20,000 bases of DNA from the IMG/VR virus record IMGVR_UViG_3300044612_002375. One strand, given 5' to 3'. A model generated the notes under the pieces. The model was not told the DNA's origin. It worked only from the letters and a program-made list of their open reading frames with translations, and searched no databases. The stretch comes from an uncultured virus (IMG/VR IMGVR_UViG_3300044612_002375). Its lineage: Duplodnaviria > Heunggongvirae > Uroviricota > Caudoviricetes. The translations under genes were made by a program, and so were the position numbers. Of the stretch, positions 17,540 through 20,000 are shown piece after piece (positions within the stretch are counted from its first letter, which is position 1; each line of letters starts with the position of its first letter).

Positions 17540-17935
17540 ATGGACTACCTAACAAAATATTACAAGAATCTTTGCGAAAGTCTTCAAGAGAAAGTAACTT
17601 TACTTGAAGAAAGAATAAAAAAGAAACCACAACATCTTCCTTTTGAAATTTTAGATATAGACGCACCATTTGAATTTGGTAAAACCCACTGGGATCCAAG
17701 CGATATAAAAATTTCTGGAAGACATGTTAGACCAGATGGAAGCAGAGGACCGGAAGTTCATATACCAATACATGCCTTTGCTGACATACACTATCATGAT
17801 GTTGCAGATCATGTTGAAGATTTTATGAAAGGAAGAAAATCTCCCGACAATCCTCTTTTTAAAGCTTTCAATGATCAAGGTGGTGACAGTCCCAGCACAT
17901 TGCTAGTCGATTCCAGCAAAGTTAAACCAATTTAA
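17540..17935 (+). CDS. Hypothetical protein (131 aa) with shared N-terminal tag
   Basis: MDYLTKYYKNLCESLQEKVTLLEE; ACTAAATA at 17527-17534, 5 nt upstream. Confidence 0.75.
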   Translation: MDYLTKYYKNLCESLQEKVTLLEERIKKKPQHLPFEILDIDAPFEFGKTHWDPSDIKISGRHVRPDGSRGPEVHIPIHAFADIHYHDVADHVEDFMKGRKSPDNPLFKAFNDQGGDSPSTLLVDSSKVKPI

Positions 17936-17981
17936 TCATACAATCAAAGATTAAAATAACTTAAAAATTTTATCATAAACT

Positions 17982-18014
17982 TTTGGGCTCCTTTCAGGGG
18001 CCCAAATTTTTTTT
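17982..18014 (+). terminator. Intrinsic terminator closing the late cluster
   Basis: tttgggctcct-ttc-aggggcccaaa followed by T8. Confidence 0.8.
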
Positions 18015-18336
18015 ATGCCATCCCATGTATTTTGAAAAAGGGGGTCGTTTTATAAATGGACTTTGAGAGGCTTAGGGGGCCAAAAAGTTTTTTTGAGAAT
18101 ATTAGAGAAAATTATAAGGGGTCGGTGTGGCTAGCCCGTCCGATAACCCCCCCGTGTATGGGACCCAAATCACTACTCGGACACACCCCCAGGGCCTACC
18201 CCCCTATGTTAATTCTTTATTAATAACATCGCCGGCCCTCTGCTGCCCATCATTCGACCCGTGTTACGGGTAGGGGCGTGCTTCGGGGCCGGCGTGCTTG
18301 GCTAGGCATTGCAGGTCACGGGCTTCCCATAGGGGG

Positions 18337-18606
18337 TTACATTTCCCCCCATCCTGCGCTGGCTAGCCAGTCGTTATCGGCGTCCCAGTCTTCGGGGCTC
18401 ATGCTCGCGCAGGCCGCACCGAATGCCGCATTGTCGGCATCGCGTTCCGCGTCATCCTGCGCCTTGCGGGCTTCGCGCTTGGCCTCCTGCTCGCGCTCCC
18501 GCTGCTCCTCGCACATCGGGCACAGCGAGTCCGTGTAGGCGTACTCGGGGCGGTGGCAGTCACAGGGGAAGTGTTCGTGTTCGTGGTTGGTGGTGGGTGT
18601 GCTCAT
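18337..18606 (-). CDS. Small acidic protein with putative Zn site (CDC...CPMC)
   Basis: 89-aa ORF with GC3-rich codons, preceded by a cassette promoter; ends DADNDWLASAGWGEM. Confidence 0.75.
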   Translation of the reverse strand: MSTPTTNHEHEHFPCDCHRPEYAYTDSLCPMCEEQREREQEAKREARKAQDDAERDADNAAFGAACASMSPEDWDADNDWLASAGWGEM

Positions 18607-18640
18607 GCGAATATTGTATCACACTTGGGGGAGTGTGTGT
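18607..18640 (-). promoter_or_regulatory. Cassette promoter copy 1 (leaderless)
   Basis: ACACACACTCCCCCAAGTGTGA TACAAT attcgc ATG. Confidence 0.8.
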
Positions 18641-18685
18641 TTAAATACCTCCAAACTTTCCACCGAAATATTTGCTGCCAATTCT

Positions 18686-18719
18686 ACACACACTCCCCAT
18701 CATGTGTTACAATGTACGC
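18686..18719 (+). promoter_or_regulatory. Cassette promoter copy 2 (leaderless)
   Basis: ACACACACTCCCCATCATGTGT TACAAT gtacgc ATG. Confidence 0.8.
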
Positions 18720-19073
18720 ATGAGCACCACTCTCAATCGTAACCTGATCGTCCTCCCCCTCCCCGCCCGTACCCTCCCCGTGTGGGAGCGCGCTGCGTTC
18801 CTCTACACCGCGCTCGACTCCGGTTGGGTGCGCGTCCAGTACTTGAAGAATGACGGTACGCGCACCAGCCGAGTCTGCACCCGCAACCCCACGCTCGTGG
18901 GCAAGTACGGTACGGAGTCCGATATCCGCTCCATCCGCGAATCCGAGTCCGCCGACCTCGCAAACTACAACATCGTCTACTTCGACTACATGAGCGGCGG
19001 ACTGCGTTCCTTCCGCGTGTCGCAGGTGGAAGTCTGCGGAATCGACGCGGACTGCGTGGAGAATAACCACTAA
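18720..19073 (+). CDS. WYL_2/DUF2693-like SH3-barrel protein (117 aa)
   Basis: Start revised to ATG 18720; GWVRVQYLKNDGTRTSRVCTRNP...IVYFDYMSGGLRSFRVSQV. Confidence 0.75.
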   Translation: MSTTLNRNLIVLPLPARTLPVWERAAFLYTALDSGWVRVQYLKNDGTRTSRVCTRNPTLVGKYGTESDIRSIRESESADLANYNIVYFDYMSGGLRSFRVSQVEVCGIDADCVENNH

Positions 19074-19091
19074 ACTTTCGGGAATACTTTC

Positions 19092-19125
19092 CCACACACT
19101 CCCCCTCTCACGGTATAATACACCC
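19092..19125 (+). promoter_or_regulatory. Cassette promoter copy 3 (leaderless)
   Basis: CCACACACTCCCCCTCTCACGG TATAAT acaccc ATG. Confidence 0.75.
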
Positions 19126-19356
19126 ATGAACACCACCATTCGCAACCGTCTCTTCTCTGCCCTCGTCATCCTCCTCGGCTCATTCGTTTCGGGCGTGATG
19201 GTCTGGGCGCTGACCCAGCCCGCTCCCCACGCATGGCTGTGGTGGGCGCTCCTGCCCTCCACCTGCTTCCTCTGTTTCTTTACGATGCTGTTTGCAGGAA
19301 GCCCGGATGGGATTCTGTTTGTGGCCTACGGCCACCGGGGCAGCACTCGCAAATAA
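19126..19356 (+). CDS. Small two-TM membrane protein (76 aa)
   Basis: Two hydrophobic stretches, LFSALVILLGSFVSGVMVWAL and WLWWALLPSTCFLCFFTMLF. Confidence 0.7.
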   Translation: MNTTIRNRLFSALVILLGSFVSGVMVWALTQPAPHAWLWWALLPSTCFLCFFTMLFAGSPDGILFVAYGHRGSTRK

Positions 19357-19396
19357 CGAGGTGGTGCTTGTTAACAACCGAAGAGGATTCGTCCCT

Positions 19397-19415
19397 GCCC
19401 CGATTTGTTCGGGGC
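19397..19415 (+). terminator. Hairpin, possible terminator
   Basis: GCCCCGA-tttgt-TCGGGGC 40 nt after the stop; weak U tract. Confidence 0.4.
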
Positions 19416-19547
19416 TAGGTTGTTTGGGGGCAGCTACTATCACAAATGCGCGCATTTGTGAGGATTGGATGGTTTGCGCCTGATAGTAGCCGGCCCTGGA
19501 TGCGTTATGGGACGCGAAAGAATTTATAATTTCCTGCCACCAATTCT

Positions 19548-19581
19548 ACACACACTCCCCCAAGTGTGATACAATACTTCC
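19548..19581 (+). promoter_or_regulatory. Cassette promoter copy 4 (leaderless)
   Basis: ACACACACTCCCCCAAGTGTGA TACAAT acttcc ATG. Confidence 0.8.
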
Positions 19582-19998
19582 ATGAGCACCACCCGCACCA
19601 ATCGTTACGAAACCGTCCGCACCCGCGCTATCGAAGCCTTCATCGGCCACCTCGCATCGGCTACCCTCTTCGACTACGCCGCCGCGCAGAAGTGGTACGC
19701 CGAGGCCGGAGAGTTTGCCGAGTCGCTGCGTGTCCTGCGCCCCGAGTGGAGCATGGAAGTTTCCGCGTCCGTTGTCTCCGCGTTCTCGCCCCGCGTGACG
19801 TGGGCACACAATAAGGCGAAGGCGTACCAGTACGCGCAGGGAATCACGCCGAAGGGCCTCCGCTCCCACGTGGACGCTGCCGACCGATGCGTCCGGCAGG
19901 GCTTCAACGGTCTGCGCGGCCCCAAGACGAACGCGTTCGCCCGTGCCATCGCCGGGGATCGGGACGCGGTGGTGGTGGATGTGTGGATGTGCCGCGCT
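19582..19998 (+). CDS. Conserved phage protein with HhH-GPD glycosylase-like motifs (partial, runs off the window); not in ORF track
   Basis: MSTTRTNRYE...KWYAEA...SAFSPRVTWAHN...LRGPKTNAFARAIAGDRDAVVVDVWMCRAA; open to the window end. Confidence 0.7.
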   Translation, partial: MSTTRTNRYETVRTRAIEAFIGHLASATLFDYAAAQKWYAEAGEFAESLRVLRPEWSMEVSASVVSAFSPRVTWAHNKAKAYQYAQGITPKGLRSHVDAADRCVRQGFNGLRGPKTNAFARAIAGDRDAVVVDVWMCRA

Positions 19999-20000
19999 GC

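Noticed and set aside
17936..18336. tRNA or known structured RNA
   Set aside because: No cloverleaf with a T-loop/CCA could be built by eye; a covariance search was not possible.
18607..19581. Repeated ~30-nt motif as a CRISPR array
   Set aside because: Spacing is hundreds of nt and irregular, orientation is mixed, and each copy precedes a gene start.
18684..19949. Long minus-strand and alternative-frame ORFs in the GC-rich block
   Set aside because: Stop-poor shadows of GC-rich genes; they lack promoter cassettes and recognisable motifs.
1..20000. Stop-codon reassignment
   Set aside because: Genes tile densely under the standard code, and guaC and the 3.7-kb ORF are uninterrupted.

Overview
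Bacteriophage DNA, most consistent with a large T4-like (Tevenvirales-type) myovirus. The evidence is dense short ORFs, T4-type late promoters (TATAAATA/nnTAAATA), T4-type head-targeting N-termini, and DenV-family, deaminase, ferritin-like and GMP reductase genes. Three zones: (1) 1-4012, a >1,249-aa Cys/Gly-rich RCC1-repeat protein missed by the ORF track, plus a short Cys-rich leader ORF; (2) 4096-17935, AT-rich accessory and late genes, including an array of unrelated proteins sharing an N-terminal ~28-aa tag that probably directs packaging into the head; (3) after a terminator and a ~400-nt G/C-tract non-coding junction, a GC-rich block (~18300-20000) in which every gene has its own copy of a novel promoter cassette (CACACACTCCCC..TAyAAT-N6-ATG, leaderless). 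No tRNA, rRNA, CRISPR array or mobile element was seen. Functional calls come from motif recognition by eye, not database searches.
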